In this document: positions 26,731 through 35,475 of the stretch, piece by piece
Position numbering within the stretch: the first letter of the stretch is position 1
Layout of the letters: each line of letters opens with the position of its first letter
From: Archangium sp.
GTDB taxonomy: Bacteria; Myxococcota; Myxococcia; Myxococcales; Myxococcaceae
Direction: 5' to 3'
NCBI GenBank assembly: GCA_031367385.1
Contig: JANLPS010000511.1
Coordinates: 1-38,987, forward strand
Length of the DNA: 38,987 nt
Notes under the pieces: generated by a model
Databases searched by the model: none
Seen by the model: the letters and a program-made list of their open reading frames with translations, nothing else
Told to the model about the DNA's origin: nothing
Made by a program: the position numbers and the translations under genes

Positions 26731-28170
26731 TCAGTCAAAAATGCCGAAGGTGACTTCGCCGCGCGCCTGCTTGTAGCGGCTCTTCACGTCTTCGATGATC
26801 GTTCGAATCTTGTCAGAATCGGGGTTCACGATTCGAGGCGTGACGAAGATGACCAGCTCGCGCTTGCTCGAGTCGAACGCCCGGTTTTTGAACAGCTCTC
26901 CGATGATGGGTATGTGCCCGAGCCCCGGCAGCTTCGAGACCGACTTCTGCTCGTCGTGTGAGAACACACCCGAGAGCACGATGGTCTCACCGTGCCGAAC
27001 GGTGACGTTGGTCTTGACCTTGCGGGTTCGAAAGCCCGGCACCGACGCGCCGCCACCGACCGAGACCGCCACCGAGAGGTCGATCTCAGAGACCTCGGCC
27101 TCGAGCTCAGTCTGAATGTTGCCGTTGCGGTCGGCGGTGGGCTGAATGTTCAAGATCACGCCGTACGGTTTGTACTCGACGGTGAACTGGTTGTTGGTGA
27201 TGAGCGGTATCGGCACCTCGCCACCGGCGGTGAACGAGGCCTTCTCGCCGCTCGCGCAGACCAGCTTCGGCTGGGCCAGCAACCGGCCGTAGCCGTCGTT
27301 GTTCTGAAACCCGATGTTGAAGTCGCCGCTCGCGCGAAACGGTGAGCTCAAGTCGCCCTGCGCAAAGTTACCGGGGAAGAGCTCTTTGGTGATGTTCACC
27401 GTCGCGGTGACCGAGCCCGAGATGTCGGTCGGGTACTTGATGCCGTAGCGGTCTTTCGAGTCGCGCCGAATCTCGACGAACTGCACCTCGGTGAGCACCA
27501 TGCGCTTGATGCCGACGACCAGCAGGTTTTCGACGTGCTCGCCGATCGCCTTGGTGATGAGCTCTGCCTTGGCCAGGTCTTGCTGCGACTCGACCGAGCC
27601 CTCGAGAAAGATGGTCGCGCCGACCACGTTCGCCGAGACGTTCTTGAGGCCCGCCTTTTGAAACGCCGCGTTGAGGTTCTGCGCCACCAGCTTCTTGGCG
27701 TTGGGCGCGATCTTCACGAAGTTCTTCACGTTCGGGTACAGCTCGGCCACCTGCTGAATCTTGTCGGCGTCGCCCTGCGTGTAGGCCTGGCCGTCGAGGT
27801 AGATGCGGTCTCCGACCTGACGGGTGATGACGCCTTCGACCCCGTCGAGGAGCTTCTTGATCTCGCTGACGACCTGGTTCGGGTCGACCTTGCGAACGGT
27901 GATCATGTAGTTGACCCGCGAGCCGTTGCTCTTCCACACCAGCAGGGTGGTTCGGCCTTCGGCGTTGCCGGTGATCAAGAGCTGGCCGTTGGTCAGCGCC
28001 TTCACGTCGGCGATGGTGCTGTTACCGACCGCGACTCGGTTGACGCCCGCGATGGTGACGACCTTTTGTGCCCCTTCAGCGAGGCCGATTTCGCCGCCCT
28101 CCTGGGCCCAAGCCGGCACGGCGATGACCAACGCCAGGGCCGACAGACGAAGAAATGCGAGGCTCGGCAT
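26731..28170 (-). CDS. cpaC: Tad secretin CpaC/RcpA with pilus-formation N-domain and BON domain (KilC-like)
   Basis: Signal peptide, RVAVGNSTIADV, LAQPKL..SGEKASFTAGGEVPI, YKPYGV, KLPGLGHIPIIGELF and ELVIFVTP. Confidence 0.93.
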   Translation of the reverse strand: MPSLAFLRLSALALVIAVPAWAQEGGEIGLAEGAQKVVTIAGVNRVAVGNSTIADVKALTNGQLLITGNAEGRTTLLVWKSNGSRVNYMITVRKVDPNQVVSEIKKLLDGVEGVITRQVGDRIYLDGQAYTQGDADKIQQVAELYPNVKNFVKIAPNAKKLVAQNLNAAFQKAGLKNVSANVVGATIFLEGSVESQQDLAKAELITKAIGEHVENLLVVGIKRMVLTEVQFVEIRRDSKDRYGIKYPTDISGSVTATVNITKELFPGNFAQGDLSSPFRASGDFNIGFQNNDGYGRLLAQPKLVCASGEKASFTAGGEVPIPLITNNQFTVEYKPYGVILNIQPTADRNGNIQTELEAEVSEIDLSVAVSVGGGASVPGFRTRKVKTNVTVRHGETIVLSGVFSHDEQKSVSKLPGLGHIPIIGELFKNRAFDSSKRELVIFVTPRIVNPDSDKIRTIIEDVKSRYKQARGEVTFGIFD

Positions 28171-28249
28171 GTACTCCCTCTCTTGCTCGAAAGCGCTTAC
28201 GAGTCAGAGCGGCAGGGTATCACCAGAGCTGGCAAATCATTGAAGCGAA

Positions 28250-29011
28250 TCAGCGGTAGACGAACTTCACCTTTTCGCTGCAGATGAAGTACTCGTCGCC
28301 GTCTTCGATCTTGCGCCGCTTGATGCGCTGCTTGTTGAACCAGGTGCCGTTCGACGAGCCCAGATCTTCGATGAAGAACTCACTGCCATCGCGGCTGATG
28401 ACCGCGTGCTCGCGCGAGACCTTGCCCGAGTTGATCACGAAGTCGCAGTGCTTGCCGCGGCCGATCACGAAGCGCTCTTTGGCGATGCGGTCGAGCTCTC
28501 CACCTTCGAGCATCATGTAGAGGGCGGCGGCACCACCGGCTTCACCGCTGCTGTCATCGACGTCGACCCGCATGCTGCCGCTGCTGCTGTCGGGGTTGTC
28601 GAGGCCTTGTTCTGAGTTCTGCGCGCCTTGATTCTTCGATTTGATCAGCCGTTCGAGCTCAGCGGCGGTCTCGAGCACGCGTTCTTGCACCTGGCGGCGA
28701 ACCGGGTCGTCGTCCATCGACCCTGCCGGCTCACGGGGCTGGGCCACCGGTTTGAGCATCGGCGGAGCACCGGGCGACGCATTGCGAGACGGGCCCGCAC
28801 CTCGACCCGCTGACGCCGGGGCCGCGGCTTTACCCGCCGCCGGAGCGCCACCCGAATCGAGAAACCCATTGAGCCGGGCGAACATGAACATCGCTTGGTT
28901 TATGAGCGCGTCGCGGTCTGACCCCATCTGGGAGGCCATGTCTTCAAACGCCTGCCAAATGTGGTCAGCAATGGCGACCTTGCGCGGCGGCCGTGAACTC
29001 GGATCCATCAT
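28250..29011 (-). CDS. FHA domain protein with an N-terminal ribbon-helix-helix-like domain
   Basis: C-terminal FHA IGRGKHCD...VSREHA...DLGSSNGTW. N-terminal RKVAIADHIWQAFEDMASQMGSDRDALINQAMFMF. Start uncertain (29041 GTG or 29011 ATG). Confidence 0.85.
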   Translation of the reverse strand: MMDPSSRPPRKVAIADHIWQAFEDMASQMGSDRDALINQAMFMFARLNGFLDSGGAPAAGKAAAPASAGRGAGPSRNASPGAPPMLKPVAQPREPAGSMDDDPVRRQVQERVLETAAELERLIKSKNQGAQNSEQGLDNPDSSSGSMRVDVDDSSGEAGGAAALYMMLEGGELDRIAKERFVIGRGKHCDFVINSGKVSREHAVISRDGSEFFIEDLGSSNGTWFNKQRIKRRKIEDGDEYFICSEKVKFVYR

Positions 29012-29118
29012 GCTCAGCGACACCCTCTCGTGGGATTGCACAACGCGACTGCGGTTTCGTCACGATACCTGAACATGCCCCACGCGGCCAATCTCTGATG
29101 CGGGCGGCCCGTCGATCT

Positions 29119-31116
29119 TCAGTGGTAGCAGTACGTGCCTTGAAGGGCCCCGAGCGCGACCCGCTGAGCCAGCCCCGGGTCGACGTCGATCACGCTGTTG
29201 CTCGAGGGGTACAGCACGTACACGTGCGCCCGGCGGTTATCGACGATCACCTGGCCCGGCAGCTGGGTCGAACACCCCACGCTGTTGGGGTCAACGATGA
29301 ATGAATACGGGGAGTAGCCGCTGGCAATGAAGAACTGCCACAGCGAGCCACGGCCCACGCCCGCATCGACCGTGTCGAGACCGAATGACATCGTCAGTGC
29401 GGGCTTGGAGGGATCGTACCCACTTAAGCGCACATACGGCACCGCTTCATTCCACACGAATTGATCGCCCGCTCCGGCGCGGCCCAGGTACCGCGGCTGC
29501 TGGCCTCGAAAGATGGCGAAGGGTGCGGCAGGGCCGGCGCGAACGTTGAACGAGATGACGTCGAAGCACCCGCGCGGCACCGCGGCGATCGAGATGGTGT
29601 CGACGCCGATCGCGGTGATCGGCGCATCGGCACACAACGCGGCCGCGCTTTGAAAGACGACGAAATCGCCCACCTTGAGCCGAGGCACCAGGCTCACCGG
29701 CACGGCGAGCGTGGTCGACGGCGCGGCGATGGGGAGCGAGGCGTCGTTCAAGATGCCCTCCCAGAAGGTCTGAATCAGCTGGGAGCGCCACACGCCATCG
29801 GCCACCGAGATGCTCTGCGCGCGGAGGTTTGAGTCGGTGCCGGCGTCGAGACCGGTGACCCACTCTGCGAGGTAGCCGTTGTTGTCGAAGTACAGCGGGT
29901 TCGAGGCGTACGCCTGGTTGTCGTCGCCGTCGATCTGCAACAGCGTGGTGCTGTCGAAGAAGGTGACTTGGCCGTTGGCCGAGGTCGCCACGCCGAGGGC
30001 CGCATACCAGTTGAGCGAGATGCCGCCGTCGCCGTTGGCGGTGAGCAGCCGGGTGACTCCCGAGTCGGCGGTGAACGACGGGTTGGTGCCGATGGCCAGG
30101 CCCACCGGGAGTGAATCTCCGAAGGTCAGCGGCAGCATCGCGCCGCCGTCGGCGTACTGCGCGACGGGGAAGCCGCCGGTGCGCTCGTGCGAGGTGACCG
30201 TGTCGACCGCGATCACGCCGCCGCAATTCGAGCCGCCGCATTTTTCTTCGTCGAGAATCGCGAAGATGCGGTGCCCTGCCCCGCGCGCCGGCGTATCGAG
30301 GCCGTCGGGCAACACGGTCTGCCCATTGGTGGTCAAGAACCGCACCGGCCCGGGGTACCCCAAGGGCGCCCGGCGCAGCGAGACCGGGTCGATCATCAGG
30401 GTCTGGCCGTCGGTGCCGCTCGCGCGACGGGTGCCGACCACCAGGCAATGATTCACCGTCAGGTCGCAGAAGGCCTGGTCTTCGGCGGTACGGCCATTCA
30501 AACCGGGCACCACCAACATCGAGACCACGGTGTCGCTGCCGAAGGTGATCACCAGCTTGATGAGAGAGGTCAGCTGCGCCGCCGGGAGCGCTCGCAGCGC
30601 CGCGGGGCTGGTCGGCAGGTCAATCGAGTACAGGCTGCCGAGCGCGCCATCGTAGGTCGCGAAGTAGAGCCGGCTGCGGTCGGCGTCGAGCTTGACCGCG
30701 GCGGTGCTGGTGACCGGCGCGGGGCTGACCAGGCGTGAGATCTCTCTGAACTCGGCGCGTGCGGCGCCGACCACCGACATCTCGGAGCCTCCGGGGCGGC
30801 TCACGTAGAGGTAACTGCCGTGCACCACGCGGCCGTTGACCCATTGGTCATCGAGCGCAAGCGAGGTCGGCCGGGTGATGACTGGTATCGAGAGCGTCTC
30901 GAGCGGGTTGGGCGCCGCGACATAGGTGCGTTGCCCAGGCGAGTTCGGCACGGTGAGCTGCAGCACTTTGAGGTCGTTGGTGTCGGCCGAGGTGATGAAC
31001 AGGTACTCGTCGGTCAGCGCGAGATCGTGCGCCCCCGAGAGGCCACCGCGCGAATACCCCGACGATGGCGTACAGGCCGCGAGCGCGAGCCCCAGCACCA
31101 GCAGGCGGCGCATCAT
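29119..31116 (-). CDS. Beta-propeller-like lipoprotein of the Tad/Kil cluster
   Basis: Lipobox LALAAC, beta-rich sequence with several Cys pairs. ATGA overlap with the upstream gene. Confidence 0.8.
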   Translation of the reverse strand: MMRRLLVLGLALAACTPSSGYSRGGLSGAHDLALTDEYLFITSADTNDLKVLQLTVPNSPGQRTYVAAPNPLETLSIPVITRPTSLALDDQWVNGRVVHGSYLYVSRPGGSEMSVVGAARAEFREISRLVSPAPVTSTAAVKLDADRSRLYFATYDGALGSLYSIDLPTSPAALRALPAAQLTSLIKLVITFGSDTVVSMLVVPGLNGRTAEDQAFCDLTVNHCLVVGTRRASGTDGQTLMIDPVSLRRAPLGYPGPVRFLTTNGQTVLPDGLDTPARGAGHRIFAILDEEKCGGSNCGGVIAVDTVTSHERTGGFPVAQYADGGAMLPLTFGDSLPVGLAIGTNPSFTADSGVTRLLTANGDGGISLNWYAALGVATSANGQVTFFDSTTLLQIDGDDNQAYASNPLYFDNNGYLAEWVTGLDAGTDSNLRAQSISVADGVWRSQLIQTFWEGILNDASLPIAAPSTTLAVPVSLVPRLKVGDFVVFQSAAALCADAPITAIGVDTISIAAVPRGCFDVISFNVRAGPAAPFAIFRGQQPRYLGRAGAGDQFVWNEAVPYVRLSGYDPSKPALTMSFGLDTVDAGVGRGSLWQFFIASGYSPYSFIVDPNSVGCSTQLPGQVIVDNRRAHVYVLYPSSNSVIDVDPGLAQRVALGALQGTYCYH

Positions 31117-32594
31117 TGGCCCACTCCCGCGTCACAGAGCGACGGGTTTCGCTGGCCTTGCGTCAGGCACAGCTGCTGCTCACCTAGGTGCGCGACCAGG
31201 CGTGCGTCTTGAGGTCGCAGCAGGTCGGGTATGTCGATGACCGCGATGCGGCCGTCGTCGAAGTCGCTCACGTACAACCGGGCACCCGCGCCGCGCAAAT
31301 CGACGGTGACGTCGAAGGGTGAGAGGCCGACGCCGTTGACCTGCGCGACGAGATCTCCCACTTCGTCGTCGTAGATGGCGACCGACTGCGCGCCGGTGCA
31401 GGCGATGACCAGCAGGTCGCTGCGCCCCACCCGCGGTATGATTCGCATCTCGTTCGGGCTGGCCGGCAACGGCACCGAGCGCGCGACCTGAATGATCGGC
31501 CGCACCGCGCTCGGGTCATCGATGGTTGCCACGAGCAACGAGTCGGGTATTCGGGCGGCGATGTAGATTCGGCGCTCGTCACTCGAGAGCTGAATGCCGC
31601 GCGCCTCGATCGCCCGAAAGCTCTGCTCGAGCCCGGCGCTGTAGACCAAGGTGCCGCCGTCGTCGTTGATCGTCTCGGGGTCGACCAGGCGCATCAGGTT
31701 GCCAGTCGGGTTGAGGCCCCGGCCGCTGGTGAACACATAGCGCCTGCCGCTCACCACGCTGTTGGTCGCGCCGACACCGATGTTGATGAAGCTGCTCTCG
31801 GTCACGGTCGGGTTCTGCGAGGCGAGGCGAATCAGGTAGCCGCGCGGCAAGAGACCGGTGGCCAGCGGGGAGTCGGCCTGGGTGATGTGGGTGACGAAGA
31901 CGTCGGCGTACGGCTCGGCGACGCCGGCCGGGTTGGTGGTCATGCAGCGGCCCGCCTGACAGGTGCCGACCGGGCATGAGGTGGTGCACGCGCGGGGGCG
32001 AACGGCGACGCCGAACGGGCCTGGCGCTCGGGGCACTCCGGTGGTGCTCAGCTCGAAAGCCTTGGGGCTGAGCGACGGAGCGTTGGTGCCGCAGTCAGAG
32101 GGGCTGGTGCCCTCGGGAGTCGAGCAGTGCAGCACCGGTTGAGCCGTCGGTGAGGCCAGCGGGTCGGCGTCGATGGCCTGCAGCTTCATGCCCTCGGAGC
32201 GCGAGGGGATGAACAGGCGCGTGCGCCCGCCGCCCAGATCGAGCGCGGCCATTTCTCCGGCGAAGCTGGTGATGAGCACGATACCGGCGTCGTTGACGTT
32301 GAGGGGCAGCTGCACCGGGCCTTTGGGGCCGACCGGGTCTCCGAACGTGGGCAGGCCGAGGGTCGAGAGGTTCAGGCCCACCACCGACCCCGACGAGTAG
32401 CGTTTGTCGAAGTTGGCGTTGGCGACGAACAGCACGCCTTCGGGCGAGAGCGCCGAGTCGACATGCATGATCCCACTGGGGAAATAGAACTGCCCCGATG
32501 GCGGGAGGTTGCCGTTGCCCACGCCTGAAGGGCAGCCAGTGACCCAGGCGGCCAGCACCAGCGCGAAAACGAAGGCGAACGAAGTTCGAACCAT
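31113..32594 (-). CDS. YncE-like beta-propeller lipoprotein, first gene of the Tad/Kil cluster
   Basis: Lipobox VTGC, FYFPSG, LFVANANFDKRYSSG and VGLSPFDV...RLYVSDF. Confidence 0.82.
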   Translation of the reverse strand: MVRTSFAFVFALVLAAWVTGCPSGVGNGNLPPSGQFYFPSGIMHVDSALSPEGVLFVANANFDKRYSSGSVVGLNLSTLGLPTFGDPVGPKGPVQLPLNVNDAGIVLITSFAGEMAALDLGGGRTRLFIPSRSEGMKLQAIDADPLASPTAQPVLHCSTPEGTSPSDCGTNAPSLSPKAFELSTTGVPRAPGPFGVAVRPRACTTSCPVGTCQAGRCMTTNPAGVAEPYADVFVTHITQADSPLATGLLPRGYLIRLASQNPTVTESSFINIGVGATNSVVSGRRYVFTSGRGLNPTGNLMRLVDPETINDDGGTLVYSAGLEQSFRAIEARGIQLSSDERRIYIAARIPDSLLVATIDDPSAVRPIIQVARSVPLPASPNEMRIIPRVGRSDLLVIACTGAQSVAIYDDEVGDLVAQVNGVGLSPFDVTVDLRGAGARLYVSDFDDGRIAVIDIPDLLRPQDARLVAHLGEQQLCLTQGQRNPSLCDAGVGQ

Positions 32595-32603
32595 GTGCGG
32601 CCC

Positions 32604-32632
32604 GCCTTAGACGGTGCCCCACCCCCGCGCAA
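32604..32632 (-). promoter_or_regulatory. Putative promoter of the Tad/Kil operon
   Basis: TTGCGC-17 bp-TAAGGC, 9 nt upstream of ATG 32594. No SD. Confidence 0.35.
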
Positions 32633-32701
32633 CAGAACAAAACCCTTGGGGATTCTGTTCGGCGAGGCGGTCATTTCAACGCGGCGTCTCGCCACGGTCA
32701 G

Positions 32702-32812
32702 AACTTGGAGCTCGTTTGAGCTTGGTTTCGGCCAACTTCCCGAATTCGAGCTCGTTTGAGCCTGGTTTTGGCCAACTTCATCGAATTCGAGCTCGTTTGA
32801 GCCTCGGCTTCG
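32702..32812. repeat. Intergenic tandem repeat, about 2.7 copies of a 40-41 bp unit
   Basis: GAGCTCGTTTGAGC starts at 32708, 32748 and 32789. The unit continues yTGGTTTyGGCCAACTTC..CGAATTC. Confidence 0.85.
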
Positions 32813-32932
32813 GCTGCGGCCAGCATTTTCGACTCCCAAGTGCTCGAAACGTCAGCGCAAAAAAAGAAATGAAGCGCGGTGAATAAGCCGAAACGGGCCA
32901 CGTCAACCCACGCACGCTGCGCAATCTCGCGC

Positions 32933-33697
32933 ATGCCCAAAACAAGACTGAGGTCGCGGATGAAAGCGAAGAAAGAAGAAGTGGTGGTTGGTGATGTCTT
33001 GCAGCTTCAAGCGGAGTCGATACCGGCGGAGGCGGTGCAGCAAGGTCTGCGCATCGACCCACTGACGGCGAAGCGCGCGTTCAACGCGGGCATTGCGATC
33101 GTCTCGGAGAACCAGGTTGAGCTGAAGCGGCTCTTCCCCGGTGCGAACCTCGAGGAGATCTTCGCCCTGCCCGTGCTGTGCGATCGTTTCGCGGTGGCGA
33201 ACAGCAATGCCATTTCGTCTCGTCGCATCAAGCCTCCGTCTGCGGCTCGGCCGCTGATCGCGACCGCGTTGCTGTGGCGGCGCAAGCTGATGTCGGTCGC
33301 GCAGACCCTGGTCGCCAATGGCAAGGTCGATGCCGTTGCGGTCGCTCGAATTCGCGCCGGCCGCGGGCCGCTCGACGGAGTGACCGATGTGGTCGCGCTC
33401 GTCGCGCTGCTGAAGCCGTTTCCCGACGTGATCGAAGTGACCTGCGACGCCTCGGCACTCTCCCAGGCCAGCGCCGCGGCCACCGCGGCCCTCTCGGCTC
33501 TCGGCTCCGAGGCCGCACCCGACACCGCGGCGATCGATCTGCGCGATCGGTACGCAACGTTGATCGCTCGCGGCCATGACCGCCTGCGAGTCGCCGTGGC
33601 GGTGCTCCGCTCGTACCGCGAGGCCGCTGAAGTGGTCGGCGTGCTCACCAAGCACGCACCTCGCAAGCTGAAAGTCGTGCCCCCCGCTCCGCTGTAA
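32933..33697 (+). CDS. Hypothetical helical protein
   Basis: ORF of about 250 aa with alternative starts at 32933 or 32960, followed by a hairpin. No recognised domain. Confidence 0.7.
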   Translation: MPKTRLRSRMKAKKEEVVVGDVLQLQAESIPAEAVQQGLRIDPLTAKRAFNAGIAIVSENQVELKRLFPGANLEEIFALPVLCDRFAVANSNAISSRRIKPPSAARPLIATALLWRRKLMSVAQTLVANGKVDAVAVARIRAGRGPLDGVTDVVALVALLKPFPDVIEVTCDASALSQASAAATAALSALGSEAAPDTAAIDLRDRYATLIARGHDRLRVAVAVLRSYREAAEVVGVLTKHAPRKLKVVPPAPL

Positions 33698-33712
33698 ACC
33701 GAAGGGTTGAAC

Positions 33713-33747
33713 CGAGGGCTCACCGGCATCGTCGCGGTGGGCTCTCG
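33713..33747 (+). terminator. Stem-loop after the hypothetical gene, possible terminator
   Basis: 13-bp stem CGAGGGCTCACCG / CGGTGGGCTCTCG with 2 G-U pairs and a 9-nt loop. There is no U-tract. Confidence 0.4.
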
Positions 33748-33798
33748 CTCTGTCGTCACACTGCGGGCATCGACTGCCCCGGGCAGATTGAAGCTGCA

Positions 33799-35255
33799 GT
33801 GAAATCATTCTCGGCTTTTGAGAAGGCCGTCGAGTTGTCAGTGAGGGGCGGGGTTGGTACGACCGACGCTCGCGTGTCGGTGTCCCCTGTTCGCAGCTTT
33901 GATCTCGCAACGGCGTTGACGTTGTTGCCGCGTCTCGAGAACCCTGCGGCGCGTGCGGCGATTCTCAAGGCGAAGAGCGAGGCCCGAGCGACCGTCGAGC
34001 TCGACGTCGGCTGGTTGCCCAAAGACCTGAGCGGAGTCGAGGAGCGTCGCGAAGAAGGGCTTCGACGGCTCGAGCGCTTTTGCGGCTGCGACGTACGGAG
34101 CCCAAGGGCTACGCGACGGGTGCCGTCAACGTCGTGCTCGACACGGCCAACCTCGTCAATCGCGCGACGAATGCGGTGCTGACGCCGCTGGGTGTGCCCG
34201 CGTTCAAGACTGACGGCCACGTTGACGCGACCTCTGAGGCCGAGGCCAGCGCGCAACGGGCAGTTCGACTCGCGTCTTTCGTCGTTCCTGTTGGCGCTGC
34301 GCTCAACTCAGCTCGCGCCACGGCGACGGTGACGGCGGCTGCGCGCGCGGTTGCGGCTGAACGCATGGCAGCTGCTCCTGTCGCGGCCGAGGCAGCGGCC
34401 GCTCACGCGCGGACTGCCGCAGCGGCTCCAGCCGTGGCGCGGACTCCAGTGGCTGCGACGGCGGCGCCTGTCGTCGCTCGAACGGCAGTGACGGCGGCTC
34501 CGGCCGTGGCTCCGACCGCTGTGGCTTCGACGGCGGCTCCGATGGCTGTGGCTTCGACGGCGGCTCCGACCGCTGTGGCTTCGACGGCGGCTCCGACCGC
34601 TGTGGCAGTGACGGCGGCTCCGACCGCTGTGGCTTCGACGGCGGCTCCGACCGCTGTGGCAGTGACGGCGGCTCCCGCCGTAACTCCGGCTGTTGCAGCT
34701 GCGGCTCCCGTCGTAGCTCGAACGGCAGTGACGGCGGCTCCGGCCGCGGCTCCAATTGTTGTGGCTCCGACCGCTGCGGCTGCGACGACAGCTCCCGCCG
34801 GGGCGGCTGCGGCGGCGGATGCGGCGGCTGCGGCCAAAGTGACCGCGACGGTGGCCCGGGTGCGACCGGTTCGTCCTCCGTCACCGTTTCCTCAAGCGGC
34901 TCCGGCGGCGCGACGACAGAATTTGAGCACGCGCTCGGCCCAGCCGGTCGAAACGCACCGAATCAAAGAGCACGTCTTCAACGGCGAGCTCGATGCCGCT
35001 CGCGTCGAGGCCAACACTGGCACCTTGCTCGAGAAGCACGGCCGCGAATGGAACCACGTCGAAGAGCTCCGGGCCGCGCAGAGCGCGCTGCTGAACCGAA
35101 TCAAAGAGCTCAAGCGCGACCTCAACAAGCCGCTGTATCAATTCTCAGAGGCCCAGCGCGTCGAGGCGACCCGCGAGCTCAAAGAGGCCAGCACGTTGCT
35201 CGACAAGACCGAAGGTTTCTTGCCGCGCGTGAAAGCGCCGCCAAAGCCGAAATAG
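33799..35255 (+). pseudogene. Frameshifted polymorphic-toxin-like gene with an Ala-rich repeat linker and a C-terminal Ntox28-like tRNase domain
   Basis: The C-terminus IKEH...ELDAAR...REWNHVEEL..AQSALLNRI..LK..LNKP...ELKEASTLLDKTEGFLP fits Ntox28. The coding-like frame switches near 34045 and 34101. Confidence 0.65.
34521..34682 (+). repeat. Six tandem 27-bp coding repeats (VA[S/V]TAAPTA)
   Basis: GTGGCTTCGACGGCGGCTCCGACCGCT-like units start at 34521, 34548, 34575, 34602, 34629 and 34656. Confidence 0.92.
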
Positions 35256-35475
35256 CGCCCAAGGGCGACGGTTCGCCCAATACCCGAGCCGAGTGCGACA
35301 CAGCGTCAACGACTGTCGCTGTGCCGCCCCGACGGCTTCGCGGGGGGGGCGACCTCCGGGGCCAACGACCGTCAACAGCAGCCGCCCACCAGGCCGCGCG
35401 GCGGTGCCGCCGGGTGACTTCGGGTGCAGCGTCGCGCACGAGTGTGTGAGCAGCAGCAACCCGAATCGCACGCCT

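Noticed and set aside
32742..32795. GAATTCGAGCTCG resembles the pUC polylinker start
   Set aside because: It continues TTTGAGC rather than GTACC and is part of the periodic repeat, so it is not vector contamination.
32702..32812. Possible CRISPR array
   Set aside because: The sequences between the repeat cores are themselves near-identical, so there are no unique spacers, and no cas genes are present.
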